A stretch of 64,000 nucleotides of DNA from Bacteroidales bacterium (GTDB lineage: Bacteria > Bacteroidota > Bacteroidia > Bacteroidales > WCHB1-69), in contig JAFXTS010000021.1 in assembly GCA_017535665.1 (NCBI GenBank), forward strand, positions 4,796 to 68,795. Direction: 5' to 3'. Below are positions 45,002 through 53,442 of the stretch, one piece after another. Position 1 is the stretch's first letter. Every line of letters begins with the position of its first letter. Under the pieces are notes generated by a model, which ran no database searches, had not been told where the DNA came from, and saw nothing but the letters and a program-made list of their open reading frames with translations. Position numbers and translations under genes: made by a program.

Positions 45002-45583
45002 TTATTTGTTTTTCTGTGCAAATTCGTAGCCAGCTTTGAGGCAGGCGAGGTTGGTGTTGACGACGGCTTCGCCCTTGCGGGAGAAGATGGTGCGTACAGC
45101 ATCTTCGATCTCGCTGTACTCCATCTTGAGGAACGGGGCAGCGGCGCCGAGGATGACCATGTTGGCGGAACGAGCGCTGCCGAGGTCCTTCGCGATCTGG
45201 TCGGCGTTGATGACCACCTTGTTGGGCAGTTTGTCGAGCTCAGCCTTCAGAGCGGCCTCTTCGGGATAGTTGGGGATGTTGATGAAGGGCTGGTCGTTGG
45301 TGATGACCCAGCCGCCTTCAGCCAGCCAGGGGAGGTAGCGGAGCGACTCCATCGGCTCTACAGCGATGATCATGTCGGCCTTGCCCATGGGGATGAGGTC
45401 GGAAGCGATTTCGTGGTCGGCCAAGCGGAAATGCGACTGCACGTCACCGCCGCGCTGGCTCATGCCGTGTACCTCGGCCTGTTTCAGGTACAAACCTTTC
45501 TTTACGGCTGCTACGCCGATGGTGGAGGCGATGGAGAGGATTCCCTGTCCGCCGACACCTGCTAAAATGATATCTATTTTCAT
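45002..45583 (-). CDS. iorB: Indolepyruvate:ferredoxin oxidoreductase, beta subunit
   Basis: 193 aa. The N-terminus ILAGVGGQGILS and its position directly after iorA fit IorB. Confidence 0.85.
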   Translation of the reverse strand: MKIDIILAGVGGQGILSIASTIGVAAVKKGLYLKQAEVHGMSQRGGDVQSHFRLADHEIASDLIPMGKADMIIAVEPMESLRYLPWLAEGGWVITNDQPFINIPNYPEEAALKAELDKLPNKVVINADQIAKDLGSARSANMVILGAAAPFLKMEYSEIEDAVRTIFSRKGEAVVNTNLACLKAGYEFAQKNK

Positions 45584-45608
45584 TGTTGTTTTTGTTTTTT
45601 TACCTGAT

Positions 45609-45636
45609 GTAGAGACGCGCTACAGCACGTCTCTAC
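45609..45636. repeat. 28-nt palindromic element in the iorA-iorB spacer
   Basis: gtagagacgcgctacagcacgtctctac. Confidence 0.8.
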
Positions 45637-45652
45637 TTTTTTATTTTTTGCG

Positions 45653-45674
45653 GGGGCGAATAATTATTCGCCCC
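45653..45674. repeat. Perfect 22-nt palindrome just after the iorA stop
   Basis: ggggcgaataattattcgcccc. Confidence 0.7.
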
Positions 45675-45679
45675 TACGA

Positions 45680-47281
45680 TTATTTTTTGGATTGGGCTTT
45701 CATTCTGCGGCTCAGGGTCTGGATGCATTCGCGGGTGGGCACGATGACGGAGACACCCTGGTAGGCCAATTCTTCTTTGATGACCTGCACGTTGGCATCA
45801 TGGTTGTTTTTCAACGGGGTGATGATGCGGATATGCTCTTCGGCCACGCCGAGACCTTTGCAGATGCTGCCGATACGACCGAGTGCGTGGCTGTCCTGAC
45901 CGCCGGTCATACCGGTGGTGCTGTTGTCGAGAATCATCACCGTGATGGGGGTGTTCTCGTAGATGCAGTCGAGCAGGGAGGTCATACCGCTGTGGGTGAA
46001 GGTGGAGTCACCGATGACGGCCACCACGGGGCTCATGCCGGAGTCGGCGGCACCCTTGGCCATGGTGATGGAAGCACCCATGTCGAGGGTGGTGTAGATG
46101 GCCTTGTAGGGCGGCAGTGCGCCGAGGGTGTAGCAACCAATGTCGGCGAACACTTTGCCGGGGCCGTGCTCCTTCATCGCCTCGTTGAGGGCGAGGTAGG
46201 TGTCGATATGCGGACAGCCGTTGCAGAGCGCGGGCGGACGCGGAGCCACGATGGAGGGAACGGGTGAGCCGTAGCTTTCGGACAGGCCGAGGGCCTTGGC
46301 CACGAGGTTCGGGTTGAGCTCGCCATCGCGCGGCAGGGTGCCGTCCATACGGCCCTTGATGTTGCCGGTACGGTTGAGCAGACCGCGGAGGTGGTCCTCA
46401 ATCAGCGGGTAACCCTCTTCCACCACCAGCACGCTCTCGCACTCATCTACCATCTTGGCGATGAGGTTGGTGGGAGCGGGGTACTGCGAAACTTTCAGTA
46501 CGGGGTAGGGGCAGGTGGTACCCACGTAGTTCTCCATCACGTAGTTGTAACCGATACCGGAGGCGATGATACCCATTTTCTTGTCGGCGCCATCGGTGTA
46601 GCGGTTGTATTGTGATTTCTCGGACTCCATCTCGAAGTCGGGCTGTTTCTCGAGCAGGGCGCGGTAGTGGTTGCGGGCGTTGGCGGGCAGCAGCACAAAC
46701 TGTTTCGGGTTGTCGCACACGTTGAGCTCGTTCTGTTTGCGGGCTTCGCGGCGTTCCACACCGGCACGGGAGTGGGCCAGACGGGTGGTCACACGCAGCA
46801 GGACGGGGGTATGATATTTCTCGGAAAGGTCGAAAGCGTCATACACCATGTTGTAGGCTTCCTGCTGGTTGGAGGGTTCCATGACCGGGATGAGGGCGAA
46901 CTTGCCGTAGTAGCGGGAGTCCTGCTCATCCTGTGAGGAGTGCATTGACGGGTCGTCGGCCACCACCACCACGAGGCCACCGTTGGCGCCTGTGATGGAG
47001 GAGTTCATGAACGGGTCAGCAGCCACGTTCAAACCGACATGCTTCATGCAGACCATGGCGCGCTTGCCAGCGTACGACATGCCGACAGCCGACTCCATGG
47101 CGGTCTTCTCGTTGCCTGCCCAGATGCGGTGGACGTTGCCTTCCACAGCCTGTTTGGAGTTCTGAATGTACTCAGTGATTTCGGTGGAGGGAGTTCCCGG
47201 GTATGCATATACTCCGGACAATCCTGCGTCAAGTGCGCCTTGCGCAATTGCCTCAACTCCCAGTAAAAGTGTTTTAGCCAT
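45680..47281 (-). CDS. iorA: Indolepyruvate:ferredoxin oxidoreductase, alpha subunit
   Basis: 533 aa. It has TPP-binding 2-oxoacid:ferredoxin oxidoreductase architecture, with the cysteine motif CNGCPH and the GDSTF TPP motif. Confidence 0.9.
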   Translation of the reverse strand: MAKTLLLGVEAIAQGALDAGLSGVYAYPGTPSTEITEYIQNSKQAVEGNVHRIWAGNEKTAMESAVGMSYAGKRAMVCMKHVGLNVAADPFMNSSITGANGGLVVVVADDPSMHSSQDEQDSRYYGKFALIPVMEPSNQQEAYNMVYDAFDLSEKYHTPVLLRVTTRLAHSRAGVERREARKQNELNVCDNPKQFVLLPANARNHYRALLEKQPDFEMESEKSQYNRYTDGADKKMGIIASGIGYNYVMENYVGTTCPYPVLKVSQYPAPTNLIAKMVDECESVLVVEEGYPLIEDHLRGLLNRTGNIKGRMDGTLPRDGELNPNLVAKALGLSESYGSPVPSIVAPRPPALCNGCPHIDTYLALNEAMKEHGPGKVFADIGCYTLGALPPYKAIYTTLDMGASITMAKGAADSGMSPVVAVIGDSTFTHSGMTSLLDCIYENTPITVMILDNSTTGMTGGQDSHALGRIGSICKGLGVAEEHIRIITPLKNNHDANVQVIKEELAYQGVSVIVPTRECIQTLSRRMKAQSKK

Positions 47282-47411
47282 AAGATTTGGTTTTATAATT
47301 ATTTGATTTATAATATTTTAATTAATAACAATGTAATAATAATTAATGGGTGCAAATTTACAAAAAATAATCCATATACACTCACTCCATCTGCACTCTA
47401 TTTCCACTTTT

Positions 47412-48827
47412 TTATCGCTCAAAAATCCTTAGGATTTTCAACTTTTTATCTCCCGACTTGCCGCTATAGGGATGCTCTCGCAGCGGCAGGTTGAGGCGCG
47501 TGCGGCCTTTGAGCACGGTCTGCGGGTGCGTGAACTCGCGGAAACCCCACTCGCCATGATAGGCGCCCATACCCGAATGCCCCGTGCCGTTGAAAGGTAC
47601 TCCCTTTACCATCATGTGGATACACACCTCGTTGATGCAACCGCCCCCAAACTGCTGGGTGCGCATGACACGGTTGGCCCATCGCATATTCTTGGTAAAC
47701 AAATACATAGCTAAAGGATGCTCGCGGTCGGCAATGGTCTCCATCAGCGCGTCCACCTCCGCATCTTTGAACGGCACGATGGGCAGCAGCGGACAGAACA
47801 GCTCGTGTTGCACAATAGGTTCGTCGATGCCAACGGGATAGATGATGGTAGGGGCATAGCGGCGGCTCTCCTTGTCGCCCACGCCTCCGAAGACGATGCG
47901 GTTGCGGTACTCATCGGCCCAACGGGCGCACTTGTCGTAGGCTGCGTCGGTGATGAGTTTGGGATACTCGGGATTCTTTTCAGCATGTTCCCCAATTTGG
48001 GCCACAAAGGCCTTTTTCAGTTCTTCCAAAAACGGCTCTGCCACCTCTTCGGCGATGGCTATCTGGTTGATATTGATGCAAATCTGACCGGCATTGCAGA
48101 GCTTGAAGAAGGCGATCTTGCGGGCGGCGTCTTTCAGGTCGGCATCCTGGCGCACCACGCACCAGTTGCCCGTCTCGCCTCCCAATTCCAATGCCACGGG
48201 AGTGAGGTTTTGGGCGGCTTCCGTCAGCACATGCTTACCCACCGCCGGCGAGCCGGTATAGAAAATCTTGTCGAAACGCTGTGCCAAGCACATATCGGCC
48301 ACCTCGTGTCCGCCATCAATCAGGGTGACATATTCTGGCGGGAACACCTCGGCGAAGAAGCGTTTGAGGGCTGCGGTGCTGGCCGCCGATTTGCTGCTGG
48401 CCTTGATGACCGCTGTGTTACCGCCTGCCATCGCCGCCGCCACCACGCCGATGGTGAGCAGGATGGGGAAGTTGAACGGACTGATGACCAACGACACGCC
48501 GTAGGGCATTTTATAGACTTTGGTGATCATGCTGGGGAAGCACATGAAGCCGCTGAAATGGCGTTCAGGACGTGCCCACCGGCGCAGTCCTCTTATCATC
48601 TCATTGATTTCCACAACGATAGGACCGATGTCACACAGATACGCTTCCACCTGACTTCGCCCTAAATCTTCGGCCAGGGCATCCTCAAACTCTTTCTCAT
48701 GCGCAATGACAGCCGCTTTCAGCTTTTTGAGCTGCTGGATGCGCCACTTGATCGGGAGGGTGGCACCCGTGCGGAAAAACTTTCGCTGCGCCGCTACGAT
48801 ATTGCTGATTTCTACTTCGTTATACAT
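47412..48827 (-). CDS. NAD(P)-dependent aldehyde dehydrogenase (ALDH3/coniferyl-aldehyde-DH-like)
   Basis: 471 aa. Catalytic Glu LELGGE and catalytic Cys region CNAGQICI. Confidence 0.9.
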   Translation of the reverse strand: MYNEVEISNIVAAQRKFFRTGATLPIKWRIQQLKKLKAAVIAHEKEFEDALAEDLGRSQVEAYLCDIGPIVVEINEMIRGLRRWARPERHFSGFMCFPSMITKVYKMPYGVSLVISPFNFPILLTIGVVAAAMAGGNTAVIKASSKSAASTAALKRFFAEVFPPEYVTLIDGGHEVADMCLAQRFDKIFYTGSPAVGKHVLTEAAQNLTPVALELGGETGNWCVVRQDADLKDAARKIAFFKLCNAGQICININQIAIAEEVAEPFLEELKKAFVAQIGEHAEKNPEYPKLITDAAYDKCARWADEYRNRIVFGGVGDKESRRYAPTIIYPVGIDEPIVQHELFCPLLPIVPFKDAEVDALMETIADREHPLAMYLFTKNMRWANRVMRTQQFGGGCINEVCIHMMVKGVPFNGTGHSGMGAYHGEWGFREFTHPQTVLKGRTRLNLPLREHPYSGKSGDKKLKILRIFER

Positions 48828-48876
48828 GGTTGGTGGTTGAATTTTTATAATTAAGAGATTTTGTCCGAATGTTTTT

Positions 48877-48904
48877 GTAGAGACGTGATGAATCGCGTCT
48901 CTAC
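48877..48904. repeat. 28-nt palindromic element overlapping the alcohol dehydrogenase stop codon
   Basis: gtagagacgtgatgaatcgcgtctctac. The minus-strand TAG at 48903-48901 is the stop of the upstream CDS. Confidence 0.8.
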
Positions 48905-50106
48905 TTTTGAGCCACCTGCTCCAATACCTTCCGGATGTCTTCGTTGCTGAAGGTCATGGGAGCGGAATAGTTGATGGAGTCTTTGGCAATCATGCGGGTA
49001 AGTTCTTCAATATCATCTTCTTTAATAGGCACTGAAAGATTGTCCATGCCGCACGTTTGAATCAACTGCACGACGGCTTGCAGAAAATGGTCGGCGGCTT
49101 CGGCATCGCTGGTGTTTTCATCGGCGAGCTGGCAGTAGCGAGCCAGCATGGCGTAGCGCGCCTGACAAACCTCTTTCTGATATTCCAACACGGGCATCAT
49201 CATCAAGGTAATGGCCTGTCCATGAGGAATATGGTATTTAGCGCCGATACTGTGGGCGAAGGCGTGTACATAGCCGGCCAGCTGCGTGTTGATGGCGTTG
49301 CCGCCGTACATGGCAGCGCGGCACATCGCCAGCCGCGACTCAATGTTTTCGGGTTCTCTCATCACGATGGGCAGATGTTGAAAGATCAGCCGCACGCCCT
49401 CTTGAGAGAGTCGCATGTTCTCTTCGTCCATGTCCACATCGCTCACAGCGCCCTCTACCACATGGCTGAGGGCATCCATACCACAGGCAGCGGTCACCAT
49501 AGACGGCGCGTGGAGGGTGAGTTCGCTATCGAGAATCACATGAGTGACGTTAAGGCCTATCAGCACGGTGGAGCCTTTCACGCCGTGGGCGTTGGTCACC
49601 ACAGCACCTACGGTAATCTCGGCGCCAGTACCAGCAGTAGAGGGTACCGAAATCATCGGCAGCGTTTTATTCGGAACCACCAAAAACTTGAGCAGCAAGG
49701 ATTTGGTTTTCAGATGGAGTAATTTCATGCCAGCGACAATCATCTTGCAGGTGTCGAGCACCGATCCGCCGCCCAAGGCGATTACGCACTCTGCCTGACA
49801 GGCTGTTGCTGCTTGGCGGCCCGCATCAATCAGGTCGATGGTGGGTTCGGAGTTGATGTCAGCAAACAGGGTGCAGCCCACGCCGGCGGCCTCCAGCGAC
49901 TGCACGATGGCTTGTTCGTAGCCCAGTTGCTGAAGCGTCTTGTCCGTCACCAACAGCACCTGCTTGTAGCCACAATGTCGGCATATCTCACCGATCTTTC
50001 CCCTCGACTGGTGGCCTTCCACCACAAGGGGTTTGGGGAGTGTTACATGGTGAATCACCTTCCCTGGCAACTTGTGTATCTGCTTCCTGAAACGATAAGT
50101 GTCCAT
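48901..50106 (-). CDS. Iron-containing (group III) alcohol dehydrogenase
   Basis: The start was moved to MDTYRFRK (M33 of the track ORF) to avoid overlap with the rhamnosidase gene. GGGSVLDTCK and the His-rich metal site (HAFAHSIGAKYHIPHG) are present. Confidence 0.85.
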   Translation of the reverse strand: MDTYRFRKQIHKLPGKVIHHVTLPKPLVVEGHQSRGKIGEICRHCGYKQVLLVTDKTLQQLGYEQAIVQSLEAAGVGCTLFADINSEPTIDLIDAGRQAATACQAECVIALGGGSVLDTCKMIVAGMKLLHLKTKSLLLKFLVVPNKTLPMISVPSTAGTGAEITVGAVVTNAHGVKGSTVLIGLNVTHVILDSELTLHAPSMVTAACGMDALSHVVEGAVSDVDMDEENMRLSQEGVRLIFQHLPIVMREPENIESRLAMCRAAMYGGNAINTQLAGYVHAFAHSIGAKYHIPHGQAITLMMMPVLEYQKEVCQARYAMLARYCQLADENTSDAEAADHFLQAVVQLIQTCGMDNLSVPIKEDDIEELTRMIAKDSINYSAPMTFSNEDIRKVLEQVAQK

Positions 50107-50177
50107 AGGTCTGATTTTTAGAAAAATGTCATACAGAATCCTAATGGGCAAAAGTACGCATTTTTTTTGAATTGATA

Positions 50178-52760
50178 TTATTGGGCTCTTCTCAGATGCC
50201 ATTTTCCGGCCGGCAGTGTCCGCTCGTGGTCGGTGCCGGGGAAAACCGTGGCGGTGGTGCCCACGGGGATGGTCAGTTCCATCTTTTTGGCTGAAAGCTT
50301 AACGCGGATTTCACCGTAATACGTGGGCTTCGTGGCTTCCACCCACTCCACATCGTCCACGGGCTGCGGGTCGATGAAGAAGTGGCGGTAGCCGGGTGCG
50401 TTCTCGTCGGGACGGATGCCCGCCACGGCCTGGTAGAACCACGTGCCGATGCCGTTGTAGCAGTTGTGGATGCGGCTGCGCTCGCCGTCCCACGACTCCC
50501 ATGTGGCGGTGGCACCATGATGGATCATGTCTAAGTAGCCAGGGTAGTCGGGCTGCCGTAAAATAGTGGCCATCAGCTCGGTCTGTCGCTCGCGAACGCA
50601 CCACTCGGTGAAGATGGGCACGCCCATCAGTCCCACTGCAATATGTGCGTTGTATTTTCCATAAGAGTCCTTCAGCAGTTGTTCGGTCACCTGACGGATG
50701 ATGGCGGTGTCTTGTGTGACGCCGGCCAGCAAGGCGTAGGCCTGGTCAATCGGGGTGCCGTTGGCGTAGGTGCGCGTTTCGGGATGGTAGAAACGCTGCT
50801 GGATGGCAGCTTGAACTTGCGCTTTTCGTTCCGCAAAGTTTTGTGCATCAGCATTTTTACCTAAAAGATAAGCCATCTTTTCCATATCACCATAGCACTC
50901 GCTGAGGAAGCAGTTGTTGACGTGCAGGATGGATTCGCCGCCCAGATCCACCCCTTTCGGGGCGAGCCAGTCGCCGAGAAACCACATCCGCTTCTTGGTG
51001 TCGGGCCACGGCTGCAAGAGGCCGTCCACGCAGTACTGCTCCACGTAGCCGAGCCATCGTTTTCCATAATCGTAATAGGTCTCCACCATCTGGAAGTCGC
51101 CGTAGTTGAGATAGGTGCGCCACGGAGCCTTGATGATGAAGCCGCTCCAGTAAGGGCCGCCACCGGTAGGGAACGCGGGGGCCACGTATGCCAGTCCGCC
51201 GTCCTCGTCCATCGACTCCGCCCACGCCCGCAGCCAATTCCGGTAGGTGGGCAGCACGTCGTACATCGTCTGCAACGTCATGGTGGAGGAGTTGCCGTCG
51301 CCGCCGTACCCCATCCGCTCCAAGTGGGGACAATCGACCATGTAGCCGCTGAAAGTCAGGCATTGCAGGGTGTATTGCACCAAGTCGTGAATTTGGTTCA
51401 GTCGGTCGTCGGAGCACCGGAAAGTAGAAGACTCTTTCGGATTCAACGCACTGATTTGTAGTGCTTTTGCTTCATTAACACCCGCTCCCGAAATGCGCAC
51501 ATACCGAAAGGCATGATAATGGAATCGGTTATGGAAATGTTCCAATGAATCTGCTGTAGTAAAGATGGCCCACATGGGAGGTGGCGGCCCTTCCGCAATC
51601 AGGAGGTCGCTTTCGCCCTGGGTAACGAAATTCCCGTTTTCATCCAAATGATCGCTGTACTCTATTACCACTCGATTCCCTCGTTCCATCCTATCAAACC
51701 GAAGAGATATCCAACCTGTTATAGCACGTCCAAAATCCAGCAGAAGAGAACTGTCGCTTTGGTAGGTGACACTTTGGGGCAATAGTGTGTCAATGATGTG
51801 GTTGCCCTCAAAGTTCTGTGGGGTGGCCTGCATTCCTTTGACATCGAACAGCGCTTTTCTGCAAAAATCTCGAGGATATGGGAGCGTCCCATCGATTTGT
51901 TCACCGCCGAACTGTAGCGGCAGCCAAGTGCCTGTATAGCTGAATTCGGTTGTCCACACATCCCACCAGCGGTCGGTTGAATCCACGGCTTGCCATTGTC
52001 CGTCCACCCACTGGCAAATCTCTGCTTTCAGCAGCGGTCCGTCGAAGGGGATGTCGAAAACCGTCTGGCGGTACCATCCTTGTCCGCACAGAATCATGAC
52101 ATCGTTATTCTTTTCCACCAAATAAGGGGTAATGTCGTAAGTTAGAATATAAGAATGCTTGTTCAATTGCGAAACGGCTGGCTGCTGCACAGCATCTCCC
52201 ACTTTTGTTCCATTGACATACAATGTGTGGTACCCTAAAGAGTTGATGTGGATGAAAACTGGCGTTCCCTTTTGCAAATTCACCTCAAAAAACTTGAAAA
52301 AACAAGGGGTTGGGGCCAGCGTACTGCTGTCGTGCGAATGCCCGATGTAGGCTCCTTTGATGCCGTCCAGCGGACCGATGGCAAACCGGTGGATGGAACT
52401 CCAGTTCGAGCAACGATTCTTTTCGTCCCACGTGCGTACTCGCCAATAGCACAGCTGTCTCGGCGACAATCTTTTGCCATGATAATCCACCCACACTTGC
52501 GCTTCGGACATCACGCGCCCGCTCTGCCAGAGGTCGGCATTCCCATGCTCCAACGCTACGCTGTCGGAGGCCACCTGAATCTCGTAGGCCGTCTGTCGCT
52601 GGCCGTTGTGTTTCAGTGTGTTCTTCCAGCTGAAGCGCGGCACGGTGGTATCCACTCCGAGCGGTTCTTTCAGTCCCTCGCAGCGGAGGTCGAACACTTG
52701 TGCCCATAGTGCGGGTTGCAGAGAGGCCAGCAGCAGTGTGATGAGCAGGATTCTTTTCAT
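50178..52760 (-). CDS. Alpha-L-rhamnosidase (GH78)
   Basis: The start was moved to MKRILLITLLLASLQPALWAQ (M92 of the track ORF), because the 5' extension would run through tRNA-Leu. The N-terminal LRCEGLKEPLGVDTTVPRFSWK and the (alpha/alpha)6 catalytic region are typical of GH78. Confidence 0.85.
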   Translation of the reverse strand: MKRILLITLLLASLQPALWAQVFDLRCEGLKEPLGVDTTVPRFSWKNTLKHNGQRQTAYEIQVASDSVALEHGNADLWQSGRVMSEAQVWVDYHGKRLSPRQLCYWRVRTWDEKNRCSNWSSIHRFAIGPLDGIKGAYIGHSHDSSTLAPTPCFFKFFEVNLQKGTPVFIHINSLGYHTLYVNGTKVGDAVQQPAVSQLNKHSYILTYDITPYLVEKNNDVMILCGQGWYRQTVFDIPFDGPLLKAEICQWVDGQWQAVDSTDRWWDVWTTEFSYTGTWLPLQFGGEQIDGTLPYPRDFCRKALFDVKGMQATPQNFEGNHIIDTLLPQSVTYQSDSSLLLDFGRAITGWISLRFDRMERGNRVVIEYSDHLDENGNFVTQGESDLLIAEGPPPPMWAIFTTADSLEHFHNRFHYHAFRYVRISGAGVNEAKALQISALNPKESSTFRCSDDRLNQIHDLVQYTLQCLTFSGYMVDCPHLERMGYGGDGNSSTMTLQTMYDVLPTYRNWLRAWAESMDEDGGLAYVAPAFPTGGGPYWSGFIIKAPWRTYLNYGDFQMVETYYDYGKRWLGYVEQYCVDGLLQPWPDTKKRMWFLGDWLAPKGVDLGGESILHVNNCFLSECYGDMEKMAYLLGKNADAQNFAERKAQVQAAIQQRFYHPETRTYANGTPIDQAYALLAGVTQDTAIIRQVTEQLLKDSYGKYNAHIAVGLMGVPIFTEWCVRERQTELMATILRQPDYPGYLDMIHHGATATWESWDGERSRIHNCYNGIGTWFYQAVAGIRPDENAPGYRHFFIDPQPVDDVEWVEATKPTYYGEIRVKLSAKKMELTIPVGTTATVFPGTDHERTLPAGKWHLRRAQ

Positions 52761-52828
52761 GGGTAAGGATTGGGATGGCAAAAATACATAATAATTCCGT
52801 TTCCTGCTTTTATTCGGAGAAAAAATTG

Positions 52829-52836
52829 TAATTTTG
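52829..52836 (+). promoter_or_regulatory. -7 box (TAATTTTG) for tRNA-Leu
   Basis: It lies 13 nt upstream of the tRNA 5' end. Confidence 0.45.
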
Positions 52837-52848
52837 CGGCCTCTTTTT

Positions 52849-52930
52849 GCGGTTGTGGCGGAATTGGTAGACGCGCTAGACTTAGGATCTAGTTCCGAAA
52901 GGAGTAGGGGTTCGATTCCCCTCATCCGCA
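52849..52930 (+). tRNA. tRNA-Leu (anticodon TAG), long variable arm
   Basis: 82 nt. Anticodon stem CTAGA/TCTAG with loop CTTAGGA, T-arm AGGGG TTCGATT CCCCT, and one T-T mismatch in the acceptor stem. Confidence 0.85.
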
Positions 52931-52937
52931 CAAGGCG

Positions 52938-52969
52938 ACAGGAGGCTTGTAAAAGCTTCCTGTTTTTTA
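52938..52969 (+). terminator. Intrinsic terminator after tRNA-Leu
   Basis: acaggaggctt ... aagcttcctgt followed by ttttt. Confidence 0.7.
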
Positions 52970-53232
52970 TTGAATGATTCCGAAAATCACCCCCTAAAAT
53001 TTCACAGATAAACCCTACAGCACTTTCAAACACAAAATCAATATTTGTAACATATTGAATTACAATAATTTACACCCCCATATTTATAATAAAAAAATCA
53101 CGACAAAAGCTTGATAATTAGAAAATAATTGTAATTTTGTCCCATCGTGCTTTCAGTTTTTTTTTCAAGGGAATTGCAAGTCTGATAATGAAATAGAAAA
53201 AAAATTCAGAACAAAAGCACCAGTAAGATAAC

Positions 53233-53418
53233 ATGAAAAATATTCTTTACCTCTTTCCCATTTTGTTTTTATTCTGCGCTTCATTGTCGGCACAGGACAA
53301 CGCATGGGGTTCTTTTACGGACTCACATGACGTTGAGTTTTCAAATGCATCAAACACATCCATGCGCATCACCATTGGCGGCACTTCGCAGGGTGTGGGG
53401 GTTGCATTTCATTTTTAA
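53233..53418 (+). CDS. Small secreted hypothetical protein
   Basis: 61 aa. Signal peptide MKNILYLFPILFLFCASLSAQ. AT-rich. A -7 box TAATTTTG lies near 53133. It sits 24 nt upstream of the next ORF. Confidence 0.4.
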   Translation: MKNILYLFPILFLFCASLSAQDNAWGSFTDSHDVEFSNASNTSMRITIGGTSQGVGVAFHF

Positions 53419-53442
53419 TCCAATAGTTAATAGAAAAACGAT

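Noticed and set aside
43039-45039. 666-aa + strand ORF.
   Set aside because: It is antisense to the ClpC-type ATPase gene, which has two canonical Walker modules.
22584-48904. Whether the recurring 28-nt palindromes are a CRISPR array.
   Set aside because: The copies are dispersed over 26 kb at irregular spacing, each is self-complementary, there is no repeat-spacer periodicity, and there are no cas genes.
52761-53033. N-terminal 91-codon extension of the rhamnosidase ORF, as listed in the track.
   Set aside because: The extension runs through tRNA-Leu (52849-52930) on the opposite strand. A canonical signal peptide starts at the internal Met at 52760.
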